NCBI GenBank assembly: GCA_964632485.1
Contig: CAZWDO010000013.1
Coordinates: forward strand, 62,001 to 121,187
DNA length: 59,187 nt
Direction: 5' to 3'
Source: an uncultured bacterium
GTDB lineage: Bacteria; JAGOEH01
The notes below the pieces were generated by a model. The model saw nothing but the letters and a program-made list of their open reading frames with translations. It was not told the DNA's origin and searched no databases. Within the stretch, counting starts at the first letter, position 1. Each line of letters starts with the position of its first letter. The position numbers were made by a program, and so were the translations under genes. Shown one piece after another: positions 9,666 through 19,597 of the stretch.

Positions 9666-11828
9666 TCAGAAATTGACGTCGAATCCCAGGTAGAATACGG
9701 TTTTAATATTATCGGAAAAAGCAAATTGCCGGGTCAGTTCAGTATAGGATTCTTTTTTATCGTTAACCAGTTGGGTGTAGATGTTTAAATTACGCATATT
9801 CAAGAACACGCTCATGGTTTCCGTAACTTTATACGCGACTTTCCCGTTAAGAATCAAAGTATTGTAGATTTTACAGTTTTTATTGTACTGATATCTCATA
9901 ACGCTTTGGGACATAAAATAGGGGTTGAGGTTGATATTCAGTCGGCTGTAGGGGACGAAGTTCAAGTAAAATCCGCCGTACCAGTTGGGAGTATAGGCGC
10001 CTTCCTCGGTGACAGCGCTATCAATCGGATTCGACAGGTTTTCCAAAACATCGTCCAGTTCAGAATGCTGCCAGGTGATATAGGGGCGTAATTGAAAATT
10101 TTCATGGAGTATATAATTTAGCGCCAGAGTGACTCCCATTTGCTTGGGTTTAACGGTTAGATTCTGAGCGCTGAAATATACTTTATATTTCGGGGCATAA
10201 ACTGTGGAATCAGTGACCGTGGCCGATGAATAGTCTTGGGCTTTAGCATAGAATAATTCGATATCGGCGTGGAGGTTTTTTCGCAATTTGCCGCGATAAC
10301 CCACTTCAAACATATCCATGGTCATCAGTTTCAGGTCCTGGTTGGGCGAATAATGCATCTCTATGCCCGGCGTTACGTAATGGAAATTGACGTAATTATC
10401 GAGCATATTGGCGCCTTTGTTGGCGCGTGAAACCACAAAGCGGGCCAGATGGTTTTCATTGAATTTCCAGGTGCTGGCGAATTGGTAGGAGAGATACATT
10501 TTGTCGGAAGGGTGATTGTATTGATCGCCGCGTAACGCAACCACGACCCGCAACGGATCGAGCGGTTTGTAATCGGCGCGAAGGGAGTAGCCGGTAGTAG
10601 TCAGGTCGTATTCGCCGTTGAGTAAGGCAAGTCCCGAGCTGGAATTCTTACGCCCGATGGAGTCGTCGATACTGAACTGGCGATAGGAGACGCCTGGCCG
10701 GACGGAGAGCTTATTCTCCAGCAACTGCCAGTCGTATTCCAGGTTTAGGGCTAAGTCGCTGAAATCGTATTCCCAGCCCGTCACGCCGAGGGTATTCTGG
10801 TAGCCTTTGAGATAACTGGCCTGCAGGCTGGCGCCGTACGCTGCGGATTTGAAATCGAGGTATTCGGTTTCCGAGACTTCGGTGGTAAAGGGTGTATTAA
10901 TCACATCCACATAGATTTTTTGAACCTTGGAACGTTGCAGTCCCATGGCAAGTTCAAAATTGATCTTTTCCGAAACTTGGTAGGTATTGAAGAGGTTGAT
11001 GCCGTATTTATCCAGGGCCAGGCTGCGATCGGGATAGCGAAGCGAGCCGGAGCCGCGGAATGCGCCAGCGCCCTGGGTTTGGGGCGAGTAGCAGGAATCG
11101 GGATTATCCCAGTATTTCCCCTTGACGTAATCCCAGTAAGTCGTCTGGTAGCGGTTGCGTTTTTGCATGTTGCCGGAGATGTTGAGGCTGTATTTGCCTT
11201 TGGTGAATCCGGTATTCAGGCTGAAGATATCGGATTGGTAGCTGCCGCGCTGGAAATTGATGATACCGGATTCATTTTTGTCTTCTCCTCCGTTTTTACC
11301 GGCGCGTCTGGTAATAATGTTAATGACGCCGGCGACGGCATTGGGTCCGTAAAGGGCGGAAGAGGGGCCGCGAACGACTTCAATGCGATCAATGTCGGCG
11401 ATTTCGACGGGTAATGATTCCCAATAGGTGCCGCCCTGGAAATCGCGGAACACAATGCGGTTATCGATCATGACCAGGGTAATCTGATTCTGCGTGTAGG
11501 GCAAGGCTGAATAGGGAATATAGTCAAAACCGCGCAAATGGGGGTCATAAACGCCGTTGGTCTGTTCTCGAACAATCAGACCCGGAATCAGGCGCAAGGC
11601 TTCGGCAATCGTCGTAACTCCGGCGTTTTTCAGTTCCTGGGCGCTGATCACCGATGCGGATAAGGGCGCATCAAAACTACTTTCGGCCTTTTTGGACGCG
11701 GAAACAATTTCCATGTTCATCAAATCTTCCAGCGACATCTCAGCTAACTGGTCAATATTCAATTCCTGCGCAGAGAGAGAAATCCACCAGCAAAACACGA
11801 TGCTGATCAACAAAATTACTTTTTTCAT
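9666..11828 (-). CDS. TonB-dependent outer-membrane receptor
   Basis: Signal peptide, plug motif RIEVVRGPSSALYGPNAVAGVINIIT, beta-barrel and C-terminal Phe. Confidence 0.95.
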   Translation of the reverse strand: MKKVILLISIVFCWWISLSAQELNIDQLAEMSLEDLMNMEIVSASKKAESSFDAPLSASVISAQELKNAGVTTIAEALRLIPGLIVREQTNGVYDPHLRGFDYIPYSALPYTQNQITLVMIDNRIVFRDFQGGTYWESLPVEIADIDRIEVVRGPSSALYGPNAVAGVINIITRRAGKNGGEDKNESGIINFQRGSYQSDIFSLNTGFTKGKYSLNISGNMQKRNRYQTTYWDYVKGKYWDNPDSCYSPQTQGAGAFRGSGSLRYPDRSLALDKYGINLFNTYQVSEKINFELAMGLQRSKVQKIYVDVINTPFTTEVSETEYLDFKSAAYGASLQASYLKGYQNTLGVTGWEYDFSDLALNLEYDWQLLENKLSVRPGVSYRQFSIDDSIGRKNSSSGLALLNGEYDLTTTGYSLRADYKPLDPLRVVVALRGDQYNHPSDKMYLSYQFASTWKFNENHLARFVVSRANKGANMLDNYVNFHYVTPGIEMHYSPNQDLKLMTMDMFEVGYRGKLRKNLHADIELFYAKAQDYSSATVTDSTVYAPKYKVYFSAQNLTVKPKQMGVTLALNYILHENFQLRPYITWQHSELDDVLENLSNPIDSAVTEEGAYTPNWYGGFYLNFVPYSRLNINLNPYFMSQSVMRYQYNKNCKIYNTLILNGKVAYKVTETMSVFLNMRNLNIYTQLVNDKKESYTELTRQFAFSDNIKTVFYLGFDVNF

Positions 11829-12101
11829 AACGGCTCCTTAATAAAGGGTTGATAATTTTTCATCCGACACGCTGCGGCGTTCCTTAATTCCTGCATTCAT
11901 TTGCGCGTTTCTCATCAAAATACACACCATGTCGGGTTGCTCAGCCCCTTCATCCCAATCCAATTCCACTTGCAGTTGATGATCGGCTAGAGTCCGGAAT
12001 CCATTAAAGATGTATGCCACATTAAATTGATTAAAGTATAAAACCCGCATTTTTTTTGCAAAAAAAGGGACCGCGAGTTTTATCAATAAACTCTCATAGT
12101 T

Positions 12102-12131
12102 ATAATATACTTAAAAAAAAAAAATTGTCAA
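12102..12131 (-). promoter_or_regulatory. Sigma70-type promoter with a T12 spacer (TonB receptor)
   Basis: TTGACA-a-T12-aag-TATATT (16-bp spacer), or TATTAT (18-bp spacer). Confidence 0.5.
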
Positions 12132-12218
12132 TATTAAATTTTTTATTGTTAAAAGCAAATAAATAATTATTGTGTCATCGCTTATCGGGAAGTAGGGTAG
12201 ATATATGGTTTTTGAATA

Positions 12219-12250
12219 GAAAAAGAGGGAACAGCCAGGCTGTTCCCTCT
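12219..12250 (-). terminator. Intrinsic terminator of the hydrogenase operon
   Basis: AGAGGGAACAGC/GCTGTTCCCTCT 12-bp stem followed by TTTT on the minus strand, 20 bp after the stop. Confidence 0.8.
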
Positions 12251-12270
12251 GGATGGAAATTAGCAAATAG

Positions 12271-13865
12271 TTAGTTTTTGATTTTGAATTCGTGCTTAAA
12301 GTAACGGAAAATGGTGCGAATTGGAATAAAGGGAGATTGTCCCAGGGCGCAAAGACAGGTTTTATTCATAATGGAAGCTGTTTTTTCAATCAGCTTCAGA
12401 TCCTCCTCATTGCCTTCGCCAGCGATCATTTTTTCTAATAAACGCACAAGAGTGTCCGTACCGTTACGGCAGGGAGAGCATTTCCCACAGGATTCATGAC
12501 GAAAGAATTTGAGCATGGAAAGTAGCATTTCGGGCATTCCGATCTGGTCATCCATGATCAGCAGCGCGCCGGAACCCAGCGCGGTTTCTTTTTCTGCTAA
12601 GGAATCATAGTCCATGGGGGTTTCCCACAATGCGCGGGGGATAATCCCGCCGGCGGTGCCACCGGTTTGCGCGGCTTTAAATTGGCGGCCGACTTTCATC
12701 CCGCCGCCATAGGTTTCGATGATTTCCCTGAGAGAGATACCCATCGGCACTTCGATCAATCCGGTATTATTGACGCTGCCTAAGAGTGTAAATACTTTCG
12801 TTCCTGGATTGCGTGGAGTACCGATTTTTTTAAATGCGTCGGCGCCTTTGCGCATGATCCAGGGGATATTGGCTAAGGTTTCCACATTGTTTACCAATGT
12901 GGGTTGCCCTNNNNNNNNNNTTTAAAGCCATAGGTATTGGGGTAAGGGGGTTTGACGCGGGGATTGCCGCGTTTGCCTTCCATCGATTCCAATAGCGCTG
13001 TTTCCTCACCGCAGACATAGGCGCCAGCGCCGGTACGCACTTCAATATCGAAACTGAAATCGGTACCCAGAATGCCATTACCCAGGAATCCGACCATCCG
13101 GGCTTTGTGGAGGGCCTGTTCCAGTTTTTCGATGGATAAGGCGTATTCACCGCGGATATAGACATAGCCTTTACTTGCGCCGATCGCATAGGCGGCAATC
13201 GCCATTCCTTCGATCACGGCATGCGGGCTGCCTTCCATGATCAGGCGGTCCTTGAAGGTTCCCGGTTCGCCTTCATCGGCGTTACAGACTACGTATTTAG
13301 GTATTGCGCCGACTTTAGCGGTGAATTCCCATTTCAAGCCTGTAGGAAATCCGGCGCCTCCGCGTCCGCGCAGGCCCGATTCTTTAATGGTGGCGATCAC
13401 TTCGCCCGGTTTCATCTCGGTTACGGCTTTGACCAACCCTTCGTATCCATCGTAGGCGATATATTCCTCGATATCATCGGGGCTGATCACTCCACACCGA
13501 TGTAAAACAATGCGTTGCTGTTGCGCGAGTGTGGATTTTGAAAGCGAATAGGCCACGGATTTAGGAGTGTCTGCTATAGGCGTCAGGAGGTACTCGTTAA
13601 CAGTGCGTCCTTTATAGAAGTGTTCTTCCACGATGCGTCGGGCCTTTTCTACACTCAAATGACCATAGAAAATATTATCGGGCAGGACATGGATTACCAC
13701 TCCTTTATTTGCAAATCCCATGTTGCCGGTTTCAATGACCCGAATCTCATTCTTAAGGCCTTTTTCGGCAATCGCCAGTTCCAATGCGTCTTTTACTTCT
13801 CTCGCCCCCTGCAACAGGTCGGTCACATCGGAAGATACAAGTATGTGCATGCGATATAAAGTCAT
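12271..13865 (-). CDS. NuoF/HydB-like FMN/NADH-binding subunit, short non-bifurcating type (spans N-gap 12911-12920)
   Basis: GRGGAGFPTG, ADEGEPGTFKD, GAYVCGEE, ESCGKCSPC and C-x-LG. The flanks of the gap join as YGFK|GQPTLVNNVETL. No C-terminal ferredoxin domain. Confidence 0.9.
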
Positions 13866-13881
13866 CCTTTTTCCTCCCCGG

Positions 13882-14358
13882 TTAGGCCAGATTGGCCAGG
13901 ATTTCTTTGATTTTTGAGGGCGTCAAATTACCGTGCATATCGTCGTTAATCATCATCGCCGGAGCAACGGCGCATATTCCCAGACAACTGCTGAGTTCCA
14001 GGGTGAATTTGCCGTCTTGGGTCGTTTCACCGACATTGATTTTCAGATAATTCTTCAGGAAATCGAGAATCGAATCACTACCCATTAAATGACACGGTGG
14101 AGAATCGCATAGCCGTATGATGTGCTTGCCGCGCGGTTGGGTAGAAAACAGACTGTAAAAGGTGACGACCCCGTACAGTTTTGAAAGCGGCATATCCAGT
14201 TTTCGGCTCAAATAATCCAACACTCCGGTCGGCAATGAATAGTTAAACAGTTTTTCAACTTCTTTAAGAAGCATGAGCAACATTCCGTCAGCAACATCGA
14301 ACTGACTTATCAGTGTATCCAATTGCGCTTGGATTTCAGGTTTTAAACTTTCAGTCAT
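13882..14358 (-). CDS. NuoE/HydC-like [2Fe-2S] subunit (second copy)
   Basis: GVVTFYSLF, CDSPPC and CLGIC ligands. Confidence 0.92.
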   Translation of the reverse strand: MTESLKPEIQAQLDTLISQFDVADGMLLMLLKEVEKLFNYSLPTGVLDYLSRKLDMPLSKLYGVVTFYSLFSTQPRGKHIIRLCDSPPCHLMGSDSILDFLKNYLKINVGETTQDGKFTLELSSCLGICAVAPAMMINDDMHGNLTPSKIKEILANLA

Positions 14359-14373
14359 TGATCTCTCCTTCCC

Positions 14374-16128
14374 CTACTTTTCGCGAGGTACGATAACAGG
14401 CCGCGGTTTGTAATGGGTATGGAGCAGGTGGTGTGATTTTTCGCCCAACGGTTTTTTCAGGAACAGTTCATAAATCTTGGTAATCGATGGATTTTCATGG
14501 GATTTACGAATGGTCTGTCTGTCATCGTCGCTGTAAATTGCTTCAGTCCGTTTTTTACGGGTTTCTTCGTTAGTGGGTATCGGTTGTCCACCACCCCCGA
14601 TACAGCCTCCGGGACAGGTCATGACTTCGATAAAAGCATAGGGACTTTGGCCTTTTCGTATTTGGTCGAGCAATTGACGAGCATTTGAGAGTCCATGGGC
14701 AATCGCAATTTTAACCGGGGTGCCATCAAGGTCCACCGTGGCTTCACGAATACCTTTCAAGCCGCGAACCGCATCGAATTCGATTTTGGGTAAGGGTTTT
14801 TTCAAGTAAACTTCATAAACAGTACGCAATGCCGCTTCCATAACACCGCCTGTGGCGCCGAAGATTACGGCGGCTCCGGTAGATTCACCCAGCGGATCGT
14901 CATATTTCTCTTCGGTTAACAAAGAAAACTCAATACCGGCCATACGGATCCAGCGGCCCATTTCGCGAACGGTCAAAACATAATCCACATCCTGGTACCC
15001 GGAAGCGCGCATTTCGGGACGTTGGCATTCGTATTTTTTGGCGGTACAGGGCATCAGCGATACTGAAACAATTTTAGCGGGATCAATCCCCATCTTTTCA
15101 GCCCAGTAGGTCTTGATTAATGGTCCCATCATCTGTTGAGGCGATTTACAGGTGGAAATATGTTCCAATAGATCAGGGTAAAAGGTTTCACAAAACCGAA
15201 CCCATCCCGGAGAACAGGATGTAATCATCGGTAGCGTACCGCTGTTTGTAAGCCGGTGCAACAGTTCATTTCCTTCTTCGATGATCGTGAGATCAGCGGT
15301 AAAATCGGTATCGAAAACATACTTGAAACCCAATCGACGGAGGGCGGCAACCATTTTCCCGGTTACGATTGAACCATTGGGCATGCCTACTTCCTCACCC
15401 AGCGCTACGCGGGTGGCAGGAGCGGTTTGAATGACGACCACTTTTTGTGGGTCATTCATAGCATTAATGACGTCGTCAACATTTTCTTTTTCATAGAGCG
15501 CGCCAACCGGGCAAGCCAGTATGCACTGGCCGCAGTTAATGCAGTAGGAATCGGATAGTTTGGGGAATCCGGCGGCGGAAATATGGGATTCATAGCCGCG
15601 GTTTGCGAAATCAATGGCATTTACCGTTTGCACCACAGAGCAGGTCTGGACGCAACGGCCGCAAAGAATACAGCGGTCATAATCGCGGCATACCGCAGGA
15701 CCGGCATCATCCACGCCTTTTTCCCGTTGATTAACCATCGCATTGCCATACGGATTGGCGCGGATTGAGTACTGTTCTGCCAGAGTTTGCAATTCGCAGT
15801 TTCCGTTGCGGGTACAGGTGTTGCAATCATGAACGCCGCTGGAAAGCAGAAGTTCCAGTACTGTGCGGCGGGCTTCCACCACATTCTGGTTGTGGGTATA
15901 GATTACCATGCCATCGCGTTCGATCGGCAGAGCGCAAGAGGCCTGTAGTCCGCGCATCCCTTCTACTTCAACCATACAGACGCGGCAGGCGCCGGGATAA
16001 TAATTCAAAGCGGGATACATACACAAAGTCGGAATCTTGATTCCCAGTTCTCGGACCGCGTCGATGACCCGGGTTCCGGGTTCCACTTCGCATTTGATAC
16101 CATCTATTGTTACGTTGACTTTACTCAT
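14374..16128 (-). CDS. hydA: [FeFe]-hydrogenase group A catalytic subunit (HydA/HndD-like)
   Basis: H-cluster motifs TSCSPGW, MPCTAKKYE and EVMTCPGGCIGGGGQP; N-terminal 2Fe-2S, His-ligated 4Fe-4S and 2x4Fe-4S; ends with LLHTHY. Confidence 0.97.
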   Translation of the reverse strand: MSKVNVTIDGIKCEVEPGTRVIDAVRELGIKIPTLCMYPALNYYPGACRVCMVEVEGMRGLQASCALPIERDGMVIYTHNQNVVEARRTVLELLLSSGVHDCNTCTRNGNCELQTLAEQYSIRANPYGNAMVNQREKGVDDAGPAVCRDYDRCILCGRCVQTCSVVQTVNAIDFANRGYESHISAAGFPKLSDSYCINCGQCILACPVGALYEKENVDDVINAMNDPQKVVVIQTAPATRVALGEEVGMPNGSIVTGKMVAALRRLGFKYVFDTDFTADLTIIEEGNELLHRLTNSGTLPMITSCSPGWVRFCETFYPDLLEHISTCKSPQQMMGPLIKTYWAEKMGIDPAKIVSVSLMPCTAKKYECQRPEMRASGYQDVDYVLTVREMGRWIRMAGIEFSLLTEEKYDDPLGESTGAAVIFGATGGVMEAALRTVYEVYLKKPLPKIEFDAVRGLKGIREATVDLDGTPVKIAIAHGLSNARQLLDQIRKGQSPYAFIEVMTCPGGCIGGGGQPIPTNEETRKKRTEAIYSDDDRQTIRKSHENPSITKIYELFLKKPLGEKSHHLLHTHYKPRPVIVPREK

Positions 16129-16153
16129 CGGTTATAAACTCCTCCCTGTCAGG

Positions 16154-19100
16154 TTAGGCTTGACGATCACAACGCAGGCAGCGTTTGGCCTCTTCCATGG
16201 CCAATTCAACGGCATATCCCAGTTCCACTTCCGGGAATTTTACACTGAAACGCTGATTCGAGGGCAAGCTCGGCATGATTCGTTGCGGTTGCTCAATTAT
16301 CTCTTCATCTTCCGGCGGTATTGGAATTTCAATATCTGTTTCTGGGAGAGGTTGATATTGAAACTTAACCGTTTCGTTGTTCAGATATTTCTGAATGTGA
16401 TTGGCGGCTTTATGGCCAGCCTGCATGGCTTCGATAACGGTTTTAGGACCGCTAACTGCATCTCCGCCGGCAAAAATGCCTGCTTCACCCGTATAAAGCG
16501 TATCGGAATCAACTTCCAGCGTATTCCAGCGTGAAACTTTTATGGCTGGATGAGCGGATAGGAAATCAATATTTACGGATTGGCTGACAGCCGGGATAAC
16601 CATATCCACTTCCATCATAAACTCACTTCCGTCAAGAGGTACCGGTTTGCGGCGCCCACTGCGGTCGAACTCACTTAATTCCATCTTGATGCATTCTAAT
16701 GCTTCGACGTTCTTTTTGCCCAGAATTTTGATGGGAGCGGCCATGAAAATGAACTCAATCCCTTCGTGTTCCGCTTCCATAATTTCCTCAGAATCAGCGG
16801 GCATGTGTTCTTTTTGACGGCGATAGACAATAGTTACTTTTTCCGCGCCCAATCGTAAGAGGGTTCGGGCCGAATCGATCGCGGCATTGCCGCCGCCGAT
16901 TACAGCGATTTTCTTTCCGATTGGCACATTCTTACCCAGATTAATGTCCCGCAGGAAATCGGTTCCGTGCATCACGCCGGCCAATTCCTCCCCGGGGATT
17001 GCCAATTTAAGACTCTCTTGAGCGCCGACAGCGATGAAAAGTGCTTGATAATCCTGGAGGATGCTCTCAAAACTGATATCTTTGCCCACTTGGGTGTTGC
17101 ATTTAATGTCCACTCCCATGTGTTTGATATAGCGGACTTCATAATCCAGAATTTCTGCCGGCAACCGATAGTTGGGGATTCCCCAGGCTAGCATTCCGCC
17201 GGCTTTGGGCATACTTTCGAAAATGGTGACCTGGAATCCTGCCAGGGCCAGATCGTAAGCGGCGGTTAAACCGGCCGGACCGCCACCAATAATAGCCACT
17301 TTTTCCTGGCGTGGATTTTTTGCTATGGGCACTTGAATATGGGGTTGATTTTGGATTTCCCAATCTGATGCAAAGCGTTTGAGCCATTTGATGGCGATGG
17401 GGTCATCGGTCTGGCCGCGACGGCATTTGCTTTGGCATGGATGATGGCATACACGGCCGCAAATTCCAGGTAACGGATTGCGTTCGCGAATTAATTGCAA
17501 CGCATCCTTAAATCGCCCTTCACCGATCAACGCCACGTAACCCGGTACATTGAGTCCCACCGGACACGTATTTTGGCAGGGAGAGGTAAAGAGTGAGGAA
17601 CAGACACTGGCCGAGCAGTGTTTATGTTTAATATGCTCTTCATATTCATGACGAAAATAACGCAACGTACTCAACACCGGATTCGCGGCCGTCTGTCCGA
17701 GTCCGCAGAGAGCGGTTTTAGTGATCTGTTCGCCCAGTGTGATCAGCAGATCGATATCAGACATCTCGCCTTCGCCGCGGGTGATTTTATTGAGAATCTG
17801 CAACATTTTTCTGGTGCCCACGCGGCATGGAGTACATTTGCCACACGATTCTTCGACGATAAAATCCATGAAAAATCGCGCCAGATCGACCATGCAGGTG
17901 TCTTCGTCCATTACGATCAGACCTCCGGAACCCACGATGGATCCGAGTTTTTTTAAAGATTCATAATCGACGGAAGTATTAAGATAGGGTACCGGGATAC
18001 AGCCACCGGAAGGACCGCCGGCCTGGACAGCTTTGAATTCTTTGCCTTTGGGAATTCCGCCGCCGATATCATAAATGATTTCGCCTAAGGGAATGCCCAT
18101 GGGAACTTCGATCAAGCCGGTGTTGTTAATGGCGCCGGCGAGGGCGAAGACTTTTGTGCCTTTGCTTCCCTCTGTTCCCCATTGGGCGAACCATTCTCCG
18201 CCATTGAGGATGATTGGTGGGATATTGGCATAGGTCTCTACGTTATTTAGCAATGATGGACAATCGAAAAGGCCCTTGATGGCAGGATATGGCGGACGGG
18301 GACGGGGCATCCCGCGTTTTCCTTCTACAGAATTGATCAGAGCGGTTTCCTCGCCGCAGACAAATGCGCCAGCGCCGACCCTGATATCGATATCGAACGA
18401 AAAATCCGTGCTCAAAATCTGATTGCCCAGCAGTCCATATTCCCGCGCTTGCAGGATCGCTTTGGAGGTTCGTTCGATGGCTAAGGGGTATTCGGCGCGG
18501 CAGTAAATAAAACCCTGGTTGGCGCCAATGGTGTATCCTGCAATCGCCATCGCTTCCAGTACGGAATGGGGGTCGCCTTCCAGAACGGAACGATCCATAA
18601 ATGCTCCTGGATCGCCTTCATCGGCGTTACAAAGGACATACTTCTGTTCTCCCGGCGATTGACGAGCTAAATCCCACTTGATTCCGGTCGGGAATCCGCC
18701 ACCGCCGCGGCCACGTAATCCGGAAGTTTTGATCGTTTGGACAACTTCTTCGGGCTTCATTTCCGTCAACACTTTAGCGAGGGCCTGATACCCTTCGCGG
18801 GCAATATATTCATCAATTTTTTCGGGATCGATAATCCCGGAATTGCGCAATACTACTTTTATCTGACGTTTGAAAAAGGGAATATCCGCATAATTGGCAA
18901 TTTCCTGCTGACTCTGTTTTTCCTTGTAGAGCAGACGGGTGACCGGGCGGCCTTTCAGAAAGTGTTCTTCAACGATGAGGGGCACATCTTCCGGATTGAC
19001 TTTTTGATAAAAAACACCTTCGGGATAAATCAGGACGACGGGGCCAATGTCGCAGGCTCCCACGCAACCGGTTTGGATCAATTTGATCTCATCCGTCAGT

Positions 19101-19207
19101 TTGTTCCGGAGAATCTCTTCCTCCAGCGCCTGAAAAACGGACATACTTCCGGAAGAAAGGCAGGCGCCGCCGGCACAAACCAGAACTTGCATACGATACA
19201 TCTTCAT
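16154..19207 (-). CDS. HydB/HndC (NuoF-like) subunit fused to a GltD/NfnL-like FAD/NADPH oxidoreductase
   Basis: N-terminal Trx-like 2Fe-2S (4 Cys), ADEGDPGAFMD, GAFVCGEE, GGPSGG, ESCGKCTPC and HxxxxxCxxxxC. Then GltD motifs PCQNTCP, CGRVCHHPC, GGGPAG, GIPNYRLP, GGGNAA, YRR, AGGD and RCLRC. Confidence 0.93.
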   Translation of the reverse strand: MKMYRMQVLVCAGGACLSSGSMSVFQALEEEILRNKLTDEIKLIQTGCVGACDIGPVVLIYPEGVFYQKVNPEDVPLIVEEHFLKGRPVTRLLYKEKQSQQEIANYADIPFFKRQIKVVLRNSGIIDPEKIDEYIAREGYQALAKVLTEMKPEEVVQTIKTSGLRGRGGGGFPTGIKWDLARQSPGEQKYVLCNADEGDPGAFMDRSVLEGDPHSVLEAMAIAGYTIGANQGFIYCRAEYPLAIERTSKAILQAREYGLLGNQILSTDFSFDIDIRVGAGAFVCGEETALINSVEGKRGMPRPRPPYPAIKGLFDCPSLLNNVETYANIPPIILNGGEWFAQWGTEGSKGTKVFALAGAINNTGLIEVPMGIPLGEIIYDIGGGIPKGKEFKAVQAGGPSGGCIPVPYLNTSVDYESLKKLGSIVGSGGLIVMDEDTCMVDLARFFMDFIVEESCGKCTPCRVGTRKMLQILNKITRGEGEMSDIDLLITLGEQITKTALCGLGQTAANPVLSTLRYFRHEYEEHIKHKHCSASVCSSLFTSPCQNTCPVGLNVPGYVALIGEGRFKDALQLIRERNPLPGICGRVCHHPCQSKCRRGQTDDPIAIKWLKRFASDWEIQNQPHIQVPIAKNPRQEKVAIIGGGPAGLTAAYDLALAGFQVTIFESMPKAGGMLAWGIPNYRLPAEILDYEVRYIKHMGVDIKCNTQVGKDISFESILQDYQALFIAVGAQESLKLAIPGEELAGVMHGTDFLRDINLGKNVPIGKKIAVIGGGNAAIDSARTLLRLGAEKVTIVYRRQKEHMPADSEEIMEAEHEGIEFIFMAAPIKILGKKNVEALECIKMELSEFDRSGRRKPVPLDGSEFMMEVDMVIPAVSQSVNIDFLSAHPAIKVSRWNTLEVDSDTLYTGEAGIFAGGDAVSGPKTVIEAMQAGHKAANHIQKYLNNETVKFQYQPLPETDIEIPIPPEDEEIIEQPQRIMPSLPSNQRFSVKFPEVELGYAVELAMEEAKRCLRCDRQA

Positions 19208-19224
19208 TTAGCGTTGCCTCCTTA

Positions 19225-19584
19225 TCATTTTAGCAGGTAGGATTCGACGGGTTGTCCGTTGATCACATGATCGTTGATGATCCGGCGGATTTTATCAGAC
19301 GATACAAATTCATATTTAACGCTTTGATTGTCGGTTTCTATAGTAACAATCGGTTCTCGATCGCACAAACCGATGCAACTGCTTTGTGAAACGGCAATAT
19401 CTTTCAATCCCCGTTTGGAAATCTCATCCATTACAGCATTCAAAACGTCTCGGGCACCGGCGGCTATTCCACAGGTTCCCATGTGAACAATGATTTTTTT
19501 AGTGAATTGGGTGCTCCGCTCCTGGGAAATTCCTTCATTTGTTTCCTTTATCTTGCGGAGGTCGCTTAGGGTAAGTTTTGCCAT
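19225..19584 (-). CDS. Thioredoxin-like [2Fe-2S] ferredoxin subunit (HndB/HydD-like)
   Basis: VHMGTCGIAAGA and SCIGLCDREP motifs. Confidence 0.9.
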   Translation of the reverse strand: MAKLTLSDLRKIKETNEGISQERSTQFTKKIIVHMGTCGIAAGARDVLNAVMDEISKRGLKDIAVSQSSCIGLCDREPIVTIETDNQSVKYEFVSSDKIRRIINDHVINGQPVESYLLK

Positions 19585-19597
19585 ATTTGTTCCTCCA

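Noticed and set aside
9418-9850. Diversity-generating retroelement TR/VR pair
   Set aside because: Mismatches are mostly third-position and involve all bases, not only adenines. There is an indel, and no reverse transcriptase is present in the window.
11829-12090. Cobalamin/TPP riboswitch or an 82-aa ORF ahead of the TonB receptor
   Set aside because: No B12-box or GGGAA/GCCACUG elements and no CUGAGA TPP core. The ORF has a weak start and no recognisable motif.
12830-13198. Frameshifted or split nuoF2 (three ORFs in the track)
   Set aside because: The break coincides with the 10-N scaffold gap, and the flanks join into the conserved ...YGFKGQPTLVNNVETL... sequence.
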